Origin: a virus
Lineage: Duplodnaviria; Heunggongvirae; Uroviricota; Caudoviricetes
Reading direction: 5' to 3' (one strand)
Virus record (IMG/VR): IMGVR_UViG_3300043464_002177
Length of the DNA stretch: 64,000 nucleotides
Part shown: positions 34,361 through 43,877 of the stretch, piece after piece
How the letters are laid out: each line of letters begins with the position of its first letter
How positions within the stretch are numbered: the stretch's first letter is position 1
Program-made: the position numbers and the translations under genes
The notes under the pieces: generated by a model
The model's input: only the letters and a program-made list of their open reading frames with translations
Told to the model about the DNA's origin: nothing
Databases searched by the model: none

Positions 34361-34863
34361 TAACAGAAATCTGTGGACGAACTTACTCGAAGACCGTCTA
34401 TTATTAAATCGTCATATTTCTCACTATCTAACCAAAAAGAACCATGACCCTTAACTCTTTCGCTTTTTCGATATTCTTCATTTACCACCAATCCATTTGG
34501 TTCCCCCCAATTAAGGGCCATAAGAATAAATTCATTAACATCCTGTTCCTCACCATATTCATCAACTACGCGACCAGAACGAATGAAATTAAGTAATTCT
34601 TCTTTATTGGAATAGTATTTGTTGTTATGAAAATTCCAACAGAACTTCCAACCGGAACTTCTTTTACCTAGATGAATATTAGTATCTTCCAAGAACATTT
34701 CCCAGGGAGAAAACCATTCCCAATCTTTTCTCGGGCTGATAAATTTAAAACCGCTCTTGATATTCTCAGGAGATAAATCAAGATTATTTACAAACCCAAT
34801 CAAAGTTTGTTTACGAGCTTCCATTTCTTCCGCTTTCGGAATTCTGTAGTAATTTGTCCCCAT
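34360..34863 (-). CDS. hypothetical protein
   Basis: ORF. Confidence 0.5.
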   Translation of the reverse strand: MGTNYYRIPKAEEMEARKQTLIGFVNNLDLSPENIKSGFKFISPRKDWEWFSPWEMFLEDTNIHLGKRSSGWKFCWNFHNNKYYSNKEELLNFIRSGRVVDEYGEEQDVNEFILMALNWGEPNGLVVNEEYRKSERVKGHGSFWLDSEKYDDLIIDGLRVSSSTDFC

Positions 34864-34960
34864 TTAAGTATTAATTCTTACGCAAATATAAACATTATTT
34901 TTATAAAATCAAAAAATATAGATACAGAATCATATATTTTTTCGTGATATTTATATTATT

Positions 34961-35524
34961 ATGGGAATTAAAATAGTTTTAACGGAAAGCCAACTTAATA
35001 GGTTGGAAAATAATGTAGGGAAAAGTGAGGTAAAAGAAATGAGAGTTAGCCTTGGGTGTACCTACATGAATTATAATAGTTTAGTTAACTTTCTTGGAGA
35101 CAAACCTTCAAGAAAATTGGGTAATAATACTATTGTTCATATGGTTAAACCATTAGACACTCGTGAAGAAGAAGTGGCTGTTAAATACTGGAGCACAAAT
35201 ATCATTAGAATAAACCCAGAAAACGTTGTTACCTTAAACACGAATGGTCACGAAACAAACACAACAAAAGACCGTTTAAATCAATTCTTAAGCTGTAGAG
35301 ACGCTTATGTTTTCCAAAAGAAACATGTTTGGTACATTAAAAACCGCCAAGAAACTATTGAATACCAAGATGGTATGCAAATCTTACCAGACGGTCATTT
35401 CTATATTCCTGGTGGGGTAGATCCTAGAAAAATAAGTGCTCAAATTGAAAAAATGAAGGATTTAGATATTGATCCAAAGTACAGAGAGCTTTATGGTTTA
35501 TCCGACGAGGAAAAAACTAATTAA
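34961..35524 (+). CDS. hypothetical protein
   Basis: ORF, + strand, convergent with M23 gene. Confidence 0.5.
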   Translation: MGIKIVLTESQLNRLENNVGKSEVKEMRVSLGCTYMNYNSLVNFLGDKPSRKLGNNTIVHMVKPLDTREEEVAVKYWSTNIIRINPENVVTLNTNGHETNTTKDRLNQFLSCRDAYVFQKKHVWYIKNRQETIEYQDGMQILPDGHFYIPGGVDPRKISAQIEKMKDLDIDPKYRELYGLSDEEKTN

Positions 35525-38500
35525 CCCTTCATTGTATATTTCTTATACTCACCACTTTCTGGATTGAAAGAATAGAAAACATTTTGTACGTTTTTAATCA
35601 AATACGTTTTTCCAGTTCTATCTATTTTATTTTGACCCACACCTAAAAATTGTGGGTGTAAAATTGTTTCACCGTTTTGTTTGATTAATCCCCAATATCC
35701 ATCTTCAGTTTTAACAGCGATGTTACCGTTAGAATCTACCGGACTATTCTCCGCAAATCTAGTTAAGAATGGTAATATTTCACTACACGAATATAATGAT
35801 CTCTTAATTCCTCTCTGACTAATAATAGCAATTCTTTGTTCTTCATTGAATTTTCTAAATCCGTGATCAATAAAACCGCAGAATAATTGATAGTTATCAA
35901 ACAATTCTTGAGATATCTCTTTAAGTGCGCCAGCAAAAAATTCCATAGCCGCCTCTGTGGTTGCTTTCTTATCTAATTGTTTGGTTAAAATGTTGTTAAT
36001 TCTTTCTGCGAAGTTAAGAACATAAACTCGCTTAACGCTGCTAGATATTGTACTGAAATCATCGATAGTATCAACAACCATCTTGTCTGTGAACTTAGCA
36101 CTAAATTCCTCACCTTTATCCATTTCAATTGCGGCCGCAAGTAATTCAGCTCTAACTTTGTTAGAGAATTGTGAGAATGTTAATTCATTGTTTAAAATAG
36201 CTTCAATAATCTCCGGCCAGTTATCTGAATTATTAATATCAAATTTTAACGCCGCATTTCCTTGATATACTTTTCTTAAGTCCTCTGGTGACAAATCAGT
36301 TAAATGAAAATTATCTTCATATCTATGAACACCTTGTTGTGTTAACTGTGTTACAGGATATCTAGTATTAATTAAAAAATCAACAATTTGTTTGTGAAAT
36401 CTAGTGGTTGGTTTTTTATTGCCATGTCTGTGGAAATCACCAAGAATACCACCTGGTCTGTAGTCAACTGTTAAATATGATTCACCTTCACCAAATTCAT
36501 TAATTCTTCTAAATGATATTAACTTACCAGTGTTTGATCTACCACAGTGTCCCATTCTTTCTCTCTCATCATCACAATATCCTTTACCTAAATGAACCCA
36601 ATAATAACCAATACCATCTGCGTTTCTATAATCAATAAAAACATCTCCAGTTTCTTGATAGTTACTTTGTTTTCTTACTTGTAAAGTATCGTGCCATTCT
36701 TGAGCTTGACTATATGCATCTTCCAAGCTCATCGCTCTAATGTTAAGCTGTTCTCTTCTTGGTGCACGAATCCAGTGCATGATGTATTCGTACTTTGGTT
36801 TATAAAGTCTATCCCAAGTTGGATTTCTATTTGGTGATGTTGCATTAAACAATTCAACAGTATATTCTTTTGGGTCTTTACCATTTAAATCAATATCTGT
36901 CATTTGAAGATTTCTTATATAATCTTTTACAAATGTATCTACAATCCAGATTGATAACTTGTCACTTAAATTATGAAATTCATTTGCCCAGTCATCATTA
37001 AAACCAAATGCATTCTTAATTGCTTGTCTCTTGTCCGCTTCGTTTAATAACTCTTCAGCTAATGTTGATTGATTTTTGGTTTTCAATTGTGCATATATTG
37101 GAGCGTTCTTTTCTCTAATGTTTTTTATTAAAGATTTCAATCCTTCTTCATATTTTATAGGTGTTGCATAATGACTACCAATAGAATTTCTAAAATCATT
37201 TACCAAATCATTAGCGGTTTTACCTTTAACAAGATATCTCCTAGCTATAAGATCGTAATAAAGATCCACACCGGATTGGAAACTAGGTTGGTAATTATCC
37301 TTATATGGTTTGTCAGTATTTCCAACATTAAAAGGATTCTTAGTCTTAATTGGTCTAGCATTAGAATCTGTACTCAATCCACCTTCAAGTGTTAATTGTG
37401 CTAAAGCTAATTCCGGTGGAACATACTTACCATATCTTTTAAAAACACTTTCCGCTGATTTAGCCATCATAGCACCAGTGACATTGGTACCTTGTTTTCT
37501 TTGTGTAATAAAGTTACTACATATTTTTTCATATGCGTCAACACCTTCTGGTGTGTTTAAATCTAAATCTGTGAAATCAATTGAACCACCAGTTGTAACC
37601 GCAGGATCTATATGTTTTTTAATATCATCTGATGTTATATTTTTAGATTTTAGATCACTAATCAATTGTTTAACCATCTCTGTAGATATGGTCGCACCAC
37701 CTAAGACTGCCACAGATGAACCACTATCATAGTAATCACCAATAGATGACCCAAAATATTGCATTGGATCAACTCTTTGACCATTTTTCTTAAGTGTTAA
37801 ATGTAAGTGAGGGCCTTGTGAATTGCCTGAACCTTTAGCACCAACAGCACCGCCGGTTAAACCTATTACAACACCTTGTTTAATGATATCACCAGCCTTT
37901 ACATTTATGCCAGATAAGTGACAATAACCACTTGTTAAACCTTCCGCATGTTCTACTGATATACCATCTCCGCACTTTGAACCCAATGGGCCGGCCGCTA
38001 TTACTTTACCATCCGCAATTGACTTAATCGGTGTACCAACTTTAGCGCCGATATCTATACCACCATGAATTCTATTTCCTCTTTTTTCATTAAATCCATG
38101 TTTAATATCACTTGTGATTGGCACAGGTGTTATTAATACCATTTCATTTAAATCTGTAGCATTAGCTGCAGCAACATTGTCTTCTGCAGTGTCATCATCA
38201 ACTATATTCTTTTCTTCTTTATACTTGTTAACAGCGGCTGCTGTTTCTGGACCAAATAATCCGTCAGTACCAAATCTAGGTAAACTATAACCCAATAACT
38301 GTAAACCAATTTGTACAGCTTCAACGCCTTGTTGTCTGGTCATTGAACCGTATTTTTGTTGTGTTATTGGGGATTTTATATTATCAAGTATCTCGTAAAA
38401 ATCTTCAACATCTCCACTAATGAAATCCGCTTTATGTGGAACATCGCTACTTTTTTTCTCAACAGGTACATCTAGTCCGGAGATAAAATCTTTAGCAGCA

Positions 38501-38628
38501 TTAATTCCTTTATTAGCACTATCGGCTCCTTTGGAGATTAAATCATCCAAAACGTCTTCATTGACATTTTCATTTGAAAGTCTCTGTTTTAACCTTACAA
38601 TCTGGTCCTCGTTAAATATAAATCTCAT
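35521..38628 (-). CDS. 1035-aa multidomain cell-wall hydrolase: PG-binding domain + M23 (LytM) peptidase + large C-terminal region
   Basis: GYSLPRFGTDGLFGPETAAAVNKYK (PG_binding_1-like); HGGIDIGAKVGTPIKSIADGKVI ... GPHLHLTL (M23 H-x-x-x-D and H-x-H motifs); size fits a virion-associated or tail lysin. Confidence 0.55.
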   Translation of the reverse strand: MRFIFNEDQIVRLKQRLSNENVNEDVLDDLISKGADSANKGINAAKDFISGLDVPVEKKSSDVPHKADFISGDVEDFYEILDNIKSPITQQKYGSMTRQQGVEAVQIGLQLLGYSLPRFGTDGLFGPETAAAVNKYKEEKNIVDDDTAEDNVAAANATDLNEMVLITPVPITSDIKHGFNEKRGNRIHGGIDIGAKVGTPIKSIADGKVIAAGPLGSKCGDGISVEHAEGLTSGYCHLSGINVKAGDIIKQGVVIGLTGGAVGAKGSGNSQGPHLHLTLKKNGQRVDPMQYFGSSIGDYYDSGSSVAVLGGATISTEMVKQLISDLKSKNITSDDIKKHIDPAVTTGGSIDFTDLDLNTPEGVDAYEKICSNFITQRKQGTNVTGAMMAKSAESVFKRYGKYVPPELALAQLTLEGGLSTDSNARPIKTKNPFNVGNTDKPYKDNYQPSFQSGVDLYYDLIARRYLVKGKTANDLVNDFRNSIGSHYATPIKYEEGLKSLIKNIREKNAPIYAQLKTKNQSTLAEELLNEADKRQAIKNAFGFNDDWANEFHNLSDKLSIWIVDTFVKDYIRNLQMTDIDLNGKDPKEYTVELFNATSPNRNPTWDRLYKPKYEYIMHWIRAPRREQLNIRAMSLEDAYSQAQEWHDTLQVRKQSNYQETGDVFIDYRNADGIGYYWVHLGKGYCDDERERMGHCGRSNTGKLISFRRINEFGEGESYLTVDYRPGGILGDFHRHGNKKPTTRFHKQIVDFLINTRYPVTQLTQQGVHRYEDNFHLTDLSPEDLRKVYQGNAALKFDINNSDNWPEIIEAILNNELTFSQFSNKVRAELLAAAIEMDKGEEFSAKFTDKMVVDTIDDFSTISSSVKRVYVLNFAERINNILTKQLDKKATTEAAMEFFAGALKEISQELFDNYQLFCGFIDHGFRKFNEEQRIAIISQRGIKRSLYSCSEILPFLTRFAENSPVDSNGNIAVKTEDGYWGLIKQNGETILHPQFLGVGQNKIDRTGKTYLIKNVQNVFYSFNPESGEYKKYTMKG

Positions 38629-38663
38629 AACTTATAAATATTACAAAATGATAAGTTGTTAGC

Positions 38664-38909
38664 TTATATTTTAGCTTTCTCTATGGTTTTGTTATTATCC
38701 TTATTATCATCTTCCCATGGTGCAGTTTCATTACCCCAATCTAAAAAATCCTCACCCTTATAATCAGGGTAATTCTTACTCATATAATCAATACCTTCAA
38801 CCCATCTCCAAGAGACGATTGCAACTACAATAAACATTATCCCGAAAACTAGTAGGTATTCCATATTATTTGTTTTTTTTATTATGTGATTTAGGTCTTC
38901 CATTTTCAT
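38664..38909 (-). CDS. hypothetical small membrane protein
   Basis: One TM helix. Confidence 0.4.
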   Translation of the reverse strand: MKMEDLNHIIKKTNNMEYLLVFGIMFIVVAIVSWRWVEGIDYMSKNYPDYKGEDFLDWGNETAPWEDDNKDNNKTIEKAKI

Positions 38910-39228
38910 CCAGCAGAACGAAAACTATCTTATCAATTCTAATGATAGATTCTTTTGTATTTTTGTTTCTAACGTCACAACATATTGTTACTGATGTTGT
39001 TCCAAATTTAACCAAATCCATACCAAATTCAATTACATCACCAACCTTTGCTGTGGTTACAAAATCAATCTCAGACATTGCTTTAGTTACAATATTAGAA
39101 CTACTCAATTGACAAATGGCAAATATTGCGGCCTCCTCATCAATCCACTTTAATAATTGACCACCAAATAATGTGCCTCTTGGGTTTAAATCACCTGGTT
39201 TAATCAACTTTCTAGTTCTATATATCAT
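38866..39228 (-). CDS. hotdog-fold acyl-CoA thioesterase (YciA-like)
   Basis: GTLFGGQLLKWIDEEAAIFA ... VGDVIEFG resembles YciA/4HBT family. Confidence 0.45.
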   Translation of the reverse strand: MIYRTRKLIKPGDLNPRGTLFGGQLLKWIDEEAAIFAICQLSSSNIVTKAMSEIDFVTTAKVGDVIEFGMDLVKFGTTSVTICCDVRNKNTKESIIRIDKIVFVLLDENGRPKSHNKKNK

Positions 39229-39823
39229 CAGTTAAAAATTTTAAAATCTTTTCTTTAATACCGGTTTGTTTTATCCCTTCAGATCCACGAGGCGTCTCAA
39301 CGAAGTTATCCAATCCCCATTCATGTACATATTCAACACTATAATCAAGACCAGTTTTACCCATTCTTAAATCATCAATTGAAACCCAATGAGTCACTTC
39401 TGGGTGGTCATGTAAGTATTGTTTGATCTCAATACATCTGGTCTGTTCTAAATCCCATTGACGAGACCAGGGGAATCCAGCTTTATAACCTTCAATATAC
39501 CAAGTACATTGACCAAGGTTTGGCGTGAAATCTATAGGTTTCTTGATAATACCTTGTTGTTCATAATATTCACCCATCTGTTCAACACTTGCCCATCTCT
39601 TCCAATCTGAACTAACAACAATTTCAGCACCAGTTTCTTCTAATATTGAATTTAAAAGTTTAATTGCTTTATCATCAAAGTTATCGAAACGATATTCCAA
39701 TGGAATTTCATCATTGGTCATGGATAATTTACGTCCACCCCAATCTTTTTGTTTTTTAAATCGTCCACCCCAATTATTGGATAAACAAATCACACCATCG
39801 TGATCAAGAAATATTACTTTCAT
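39218..39823 (-). CDS. HAD-superfamily phosphatase
   Basis: Motif I FLDHDGV, motif II VVSSDW, C-terminal SIDDL. Confidence 0.45.
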   Translation of the reverse strand: MKVIFLDHDGVICLSNNWGGRFKKQKDWGGRKLSMTNDEIPLEYRFDNFDDKAIKLLNSILEETGAEIVVSSDWKRWASVEQMGEYYEQQGIIKKPIDFTPNLGQCTWYIEGYKAGFPWSRQWDLEQTRCIEIKQYLHDHPEVTHWVSIDDLRMGKTGLDYSVEYVHEWGLDNFVETPRGSEGIKQTGIKEKILKFLTDDI

Positions 39824-40142
39824 CCTTTCTTTTTTTAAGTATTAATCTAAATGTACTCAAAAAACCTAAAAACATGAATAGTTGAACTGGCCAATACGGG
39901 AGATTTTGCAGTTCATGAAGCATCCAAAATATGTTCATATTAAGCCATGATAATAGAACAAGATTACTATCTCTTGATTCTTTCTCCCCAATAAAAATGT
40001 ATAATGCTAAAAGCAAAGTTGGTAAAACCATTACTGTAGCCATCCACGTCCATTTCAACGTCCAAAAAACGTCTTTAAGTAGCCACGAAATTACATGGAT
40101 CTCATGAGTATTCAAAATTTTTTTATGAGTTTCCTTCGACAT
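39804..40142 (-). CDS. hypothetical membrane protein
   Basis: Three hydrophobic helices. Confidence 0.4.
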   Translation of the reverse strand: MSKETHKKILNTHEIHVISWLLKDVFWTLKWTWMATVMVLPTLLLALYIFIGEKESRDSNLVLLSWLNMNIFWMLHELQNLPYWPVQLFMFLGFLSTFRLILKKRKDESNIS

Positions 40143-40548
40143 ATTCTAACTGAGGTGTCCAAACACCTTCAGAAATTACTTTGGGTGTCCCATTTCTATC
40201 GATCATAACCCACTCATAATTCACAATACCCCAAGGTTCAAATTGCTCAATAACATCTTCAAGACTGAAACACTTACATGAATAGATATCAAATTGAGCC
40301 ATAGCTGGTTCGTGATGATCCCAGATATGTATTGAGGAATGAGAGGTTGCTAAAGTAACTGTTCCTGTTAATCCTTCATTACCTGGATAATCAACATAAA
40401 CACTGGTTGGTCCGCCAACCACTTCCATCTTTACTTTGTGGACTAAATCAACAAACCATTTATTAAGAACATCCACCTCTTTTGGTGGATTTTTAACCCA
40501 AATCTTCATTAGAAGATGTTGATGATATGGAACAAATTCTTCCTGCAT
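40123..40548 (-). CDS. speH: S-adenosylmethionine decarboxylase proenzyme, SpeH/class-1b-like (pyruvoyl-dependent)
   Basis: VTLATSHSSIHIWDHHE matches the autoprocessing-site motif (AESHISIHTWPE) of small bacterial AdoMetDCs; size 141 aa fits. Confidence 0.55.
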   Translation of the reverse strand: MQEEFVPYHQHLLMKIWVKNPPKEVDVLNKWFVDLVHKVKMEVVGGPTSVYVDYPGNEGLTGTVTLATSHSSIHIWDHHEPAMAQFDIYSCKCFSLEDVIEQFEPWGIVNYEWVMIDRNGTPKVISEGVWTPQLEYVEGNS

Positions 40549-40625
40549 TAGTATAATTTTTACTATACATATATATCATCAAAATTGTATTTTTTTATGA
40601 TTTATTTAAAATAGATTTCCATCTA

Positions 40626-41306
40626 TTATTTGGTGAACTTTTTGAAGTTCTTTACGAATGGACGTTCGTATTTTTTAAGTTCCTTTACCTCTAAACCGTT
40701 GTATAAACCGGTAGACATAAAAGCTTGAATTTCATCATCAATGATCTTCTTATCATCAACATACCCCATCTTAATAAGCTTCTTTTTTAACTTATTGTAA
40801 TGTGTTGGTTTGATCTCAGCAATTAGTTTCTTAACCTCAGCATTATATTCTTTATTTGTATAATATAAACCATGTGCGATTTCATGATCGATAGTCTTAA
40901 GATCTTTACTGCTAGCACCAATTAGATACCATGGTTTATGAGTACCATCATTCTTTTGTTGCGCATCAGAACCACAATAGAAATAAATGTTATTCATTAT
41001 TTCATCATACTGTGTTTCCTTATAAAAAGCATCAACACCTTTCTCTAGTATATTAGATGGAATATTATAACCAGTCCAATCTTCTGGATATGTAAAGACA
41101 TCTTTCTTCCAGAACTTCTTATAATGTCTCATATACTCTACCCAAGAAAAATATTTTCCTCTGAATTTTTTAAATGGGGTTTCATAAAATTCTTGATAAC
41201 GACAGAACAACATAGCCCTATCATAATTGTCATCAACAATTACACAATAGATAGATGGTTTTATTTCTTTTACTTTACCTTTAACTAAAGGGTGATTTAT
41301 TTTCAT
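40626..41306 (-). CDS. hypothetical protein with HExxH motif
   Basis: IDHEIAHGLYY; no family recognised. Confidence 0.45.
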   Translation of the reverse strand: MKINHPLVKGKVKEIKPSIYCVIVDDNYDRAMLFCRYQEFYETPFKKFRGKYFSWVEYMRHYKKFWKKDVFTYPEDWTGYNIPSNILEKGVDAFYKETQYDEIMNNIYFYCGSDAQQKNDGTHKPWYLIGASSKDLKTIDHEIAHGLYYTNKEYNAEVKKLIAEIKPTHYNKLKKKLIKMGYVDDKKIIDDEIQAFMSTGLYNGLEVKELKKYERPFVKNFKKFTK

Positions 41307-41381
41307 ATTAAATGTTTAAGAATAATTGTTAACGATTAAACACCATGTTTTAATATAGTTAAAAAGTTGGAAATAAAAAAA

Positions 41382-41711
41382 TTAAAGTGCGAAACTTTCT
41401 CCACACCCGCAGGTCCTTGATGCGTTTGGATTTACCCATTGAAATCCTTTCCCGTTTAAACCACTAGAGTATTGTAGTTCAGTTCCGAATAAATAAAGAA
41501 CAGATTTTTTATCGATCACCACTTTAAGTTCTGGTAGTTCGATGATCTCATCCATTTCGGTAATGTCTGTATCAAAGTCCATAACATATGATAGCCCACT
41601 ACATCCACCACCCTTAACCCCTACACGCAAAAAATGGGTACCGTTGTCGATACCCTCTTCTTTCATAACGTCTTTAAGATGTGTTAATGCTGTCTCAGTA
41701 ATAGTAATCAT
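41382..41711 (-). CDS. iscA: A-type Fe-S cluster carrier (IscA/ErpA/HesB family)
   Basis: GGGCSGLSY and C-terminal TCGCGESF: the three conserved Cys at canonical spacing. Confidence 0.7.
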   Translation of the reverse strand: MITITETALTHLKDVMKEEGIDNGTHFLRVGVKGGGCSGLSYVMDFDTDITEMDEIIELPELKVVIDKKSVLYLFGTELQYSSGLNGKGFQWVNPNASRTCGCGESFAL

Positions 41712-41713
41712 GA

Positions 41714-41941
41714 TTAACCTTCGTCAATTAATTTACCATCATGAAAATACTTTTTAAGTGTTTCAAGTTTATCCTCGGCGTCCACCAGTCTTTGTAAAGC
41801 GATTTCTCCATCCTTAAAAAAATCGTTTGCTGTGTGATCACCAATACCAACTGAGTTCTCAGTTAATAATTCCAATGCCATTAGTGCTTGCTCTCGTTCA
41901 GAGATCGCCTGCGCTGTTAATGCTTTAATTAGTCTAGACAT
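41714..41941 (-). CDS. hypothetical protein
   Basis: ORF. Confidence 0.45.
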   Translation of the reverse strand: MSRLIKALTAQAISEREQALMALELLTENSVGIGDHTANDFFKDGEIALQRLVDAEDKLETLKKYFHDGKLIDEG

Positions 41942-41942
41942 T

Positions 41943-42128
41943 CTATTTGTTGTTTAATTTATTTAAAAGTGAATCTGTTGTTTTTTTATCAACAGTTATT
42001 TCTTTTACCACATGGGATTCTTTTCTTAATTTAGATAACTCTTTTTGTTGAAAGTAACAAACAAGTAGTAGGACTACTGCAGCACCTTTTGTCAGGTTAT
42101 CATGGTTTTTTTTGAAGAATTCAATCAT
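41943..42128 (-). CDS. hypothetical protein
   Basis: ORF. Confidence 0.4.
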   Translation of the reverse strand: MIEFFKKNHDNLTKGAAVVLLLVCYFQQKELSKLRKESHVVKEITVDKKTTDSLLNKLNNK

Positions 42129-42141
42129 AATTATAAATATT

Positions 42142-42387
42142 TTAAAGTATTAATTCATCTGTTCGTATATTATGTTCATCTAGTATTTCATGTATCTTTT
42201 CAAATACCATCTCCAGAGCATCATACTTGTCCATCTCTTTACCTTCCATAGACCATTCTAATCCCTTCTTGGTATTATGTGTTATATCCCATAATGCCAT
42301 AGCCATATCAAGTGATTTAATAGCACGAAGATGTGCCATTCTATCATCAATATCATTTAAATCATATTTTATTTTCGCTTTCGCCAT
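42142..42387 (-). CDS. hypothetical protein
   Basis: ORF. Confidence 0.45.
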   Translation of the reverse strand: MAKAKIKYDLNDIDDRMAHLRAIKSLDMAMALWDITHNTKKGLEWSMEGKEMDKYDALEMVFEKIHEILDEHNIRTDELIL

Positions 42388-42521
42388 AAGTCACTAAGTT
42401 TTTTTGCTGGTCTTTTTGTTCTCAACCCACCATTTTCAGTTTCTTCCATAAGAGGTGCTCGCCAAATTTCATATGCTGTCCACAATATTGTGATTAACAT
42501 CACAAACATTAAGTATTTCAT

Positions 42522-42533
42522 ATAGTTTTATTT
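42522..42533 (-). promoter_or_regulatory. AAATAAAACTAT motif (reverse complement) abutting a - strand ATG at 42521
   Basis: catATAGTTTTATTTtattg on + strand. Confidence 0.4.
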
Positions 42534-42835
42534 TATTGTGTGAAATATTTTGATTTCCAAAACTGCCACCACTTGCGTTTAACGATTGGTTTACATTCTG
42601 AAAATGGATTGTCACCAAAAGATGCTTTATTTAAATACTTAGATGATAAAACATTAAAGAAGATCTCATGATACTTTGGATCAATAGTTGCAAAGTCAGC
42701 TGTTACTTCAGTTCTTAATGTTATTGGACCATCTGGTGTGTATATGACAAACTGTTCATCTAATCTAACGATTGAACTAGTTTTCATATTAATATAGGAA
42801 CCGTTACCTATATGAAAATCATTACTCATACTCAT
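42533..42835 (-). CDS. hypothetical protein
   Basis: ORF. Confidence 0.45.
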   Translation of the reverse strand: MSMSNDFHIGNGSYINMKTSSIVRLDEQFVIYTPDGPITLRTEVTADFATIDPKYHEIFFNVLSSKYLNKASFGDNPFSECKPIVKRKWWQFWKSKYFTQ

Positions 42836-43138
42836 TTACTCTGTTTGTGTAGTTAATATTAATTCAAATTCATCTGCTCCCGTTTTGTTTTTTTCTTTAA
42901 ACAACTCGAGAGTAATTTGATAACGACTTAGTTGAACTTCACTAACAAATAATTCTGATTGTAAACTATCTCTTTGATTGATCAACTCTTGTTTTTCTAT
43001 ATCTCCACCAAGAAAAAAATCTTGACCGTCTTTACATTTCTGTAGGTCATCTTTTTGTTGGAAATAAAACAATGACATGGTTATTAATCCAAGTAAAGAT
43101 ATTACTAAACCAGTTTTTAATTTTGTTTCTGTTTTCAT
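42836..43138 (-). CDS. hypothetical membrane-anchored coiled-coil protein
   Basis: ORF; N-terminal TM. Confidence 0.45.
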   Translation of the reverse strand: MKTETKLKTGLVISLLGLITMSLFYFQQKDDLQKCKDGQDFFLGGDIEKQELINQRDSLQSELFVSEVQLSRYQITLELFKEKNKTGADEFELILTTQTE

Positions 43139-43439
43139 TTCGATCTAAATTTTTAATATCCTTCAATATTTTTTCAACTTCTTTTTCAGATAAATGCCCA
43201 AGAACATCGTTAGTAATTGGTGTGTCATATGTTATTTCACCATTCTTACCAAACACCGCTATCTCATACAAACCATTTGAACCCCCATATGTATATGGGC
43301 CCCGAACAATACTAGCGCCGTAACCATTTGAAAACTGCACTATACATTGTTTCCCCATTCCCGTTGGGTGTTGTTGGAAGTTCAACTCTTTGAATTTTGT
43401 TGTGTTCAGATTGTTTGTTGGTCTTACTGTTTTGTTCAT
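43047..43439 (-). CDS. hypothetical protein
   Basis: ORF overlapping downstream gene. Confidence 0.4.
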   Translation of the reverse strand: MNKTVRPTNNLNTTKFKELNFQQHPTGMGKQCIVQFSNGYGASIVRGPYTYGGSNGLYEIAVFGKNGEITYDTPITNDVLGHLSEKEVEKILKDIKNLDRNENRNKIKNWFSNIFTWINNHVIVLFPTKR

Positions 43440-43483
43440 GACGTATTTTTTTTACAAACGCTCTTAATAAAAAGAAGTTCATG

Positions 43484-43648
43484 TTAAAAGATTTCTTCGG
43501 CGATGCCTAGCGCCTCAGCTATGATTAATAATGCGCCGGCAGACATATAATCACCATACCATAGTGTTATCCCAGCGCCAATTCTAAAACCAGATTTAAC
43601 TAAACTGATCCAGAAATGTGTGTTTGACTTCGATTCTTTAGGTTGCAT
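43484..43648 (-). CDS. hypothetical 54-aa membrane micro-protein (not in track)
   Basis: MQPKESKSNTHFWISLVKSGFRIGAGITLWYGDYMSAGALLIIAEALGIAEEIF. Confidence 0.3.
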   Translation of the reverse strand: MQPKESKSNTHFWISLVKSGFRIGAGITLWYGDYMSAGALLIIAEALGIAEEIF

Positions 43649-43877
43649 AAATCTAATATAAGATATTTTTTTGAAAATAAAAAATCACTTAACAAACATA
43701 GAAATTAAAACTAATTTTATGTGTTTTACCCAACCCAAGAAACTGTTTTCTCTTTGATAATTCTTGTATTTTTCTTGATAATACTCTCTGTTGTATCGTT
43801 TCATAAAAGTGTTATTTGATTTCGAACGCTAAATTATAAAATATAATTAGAATCAAAAAATTTTTTATAATAATTTT

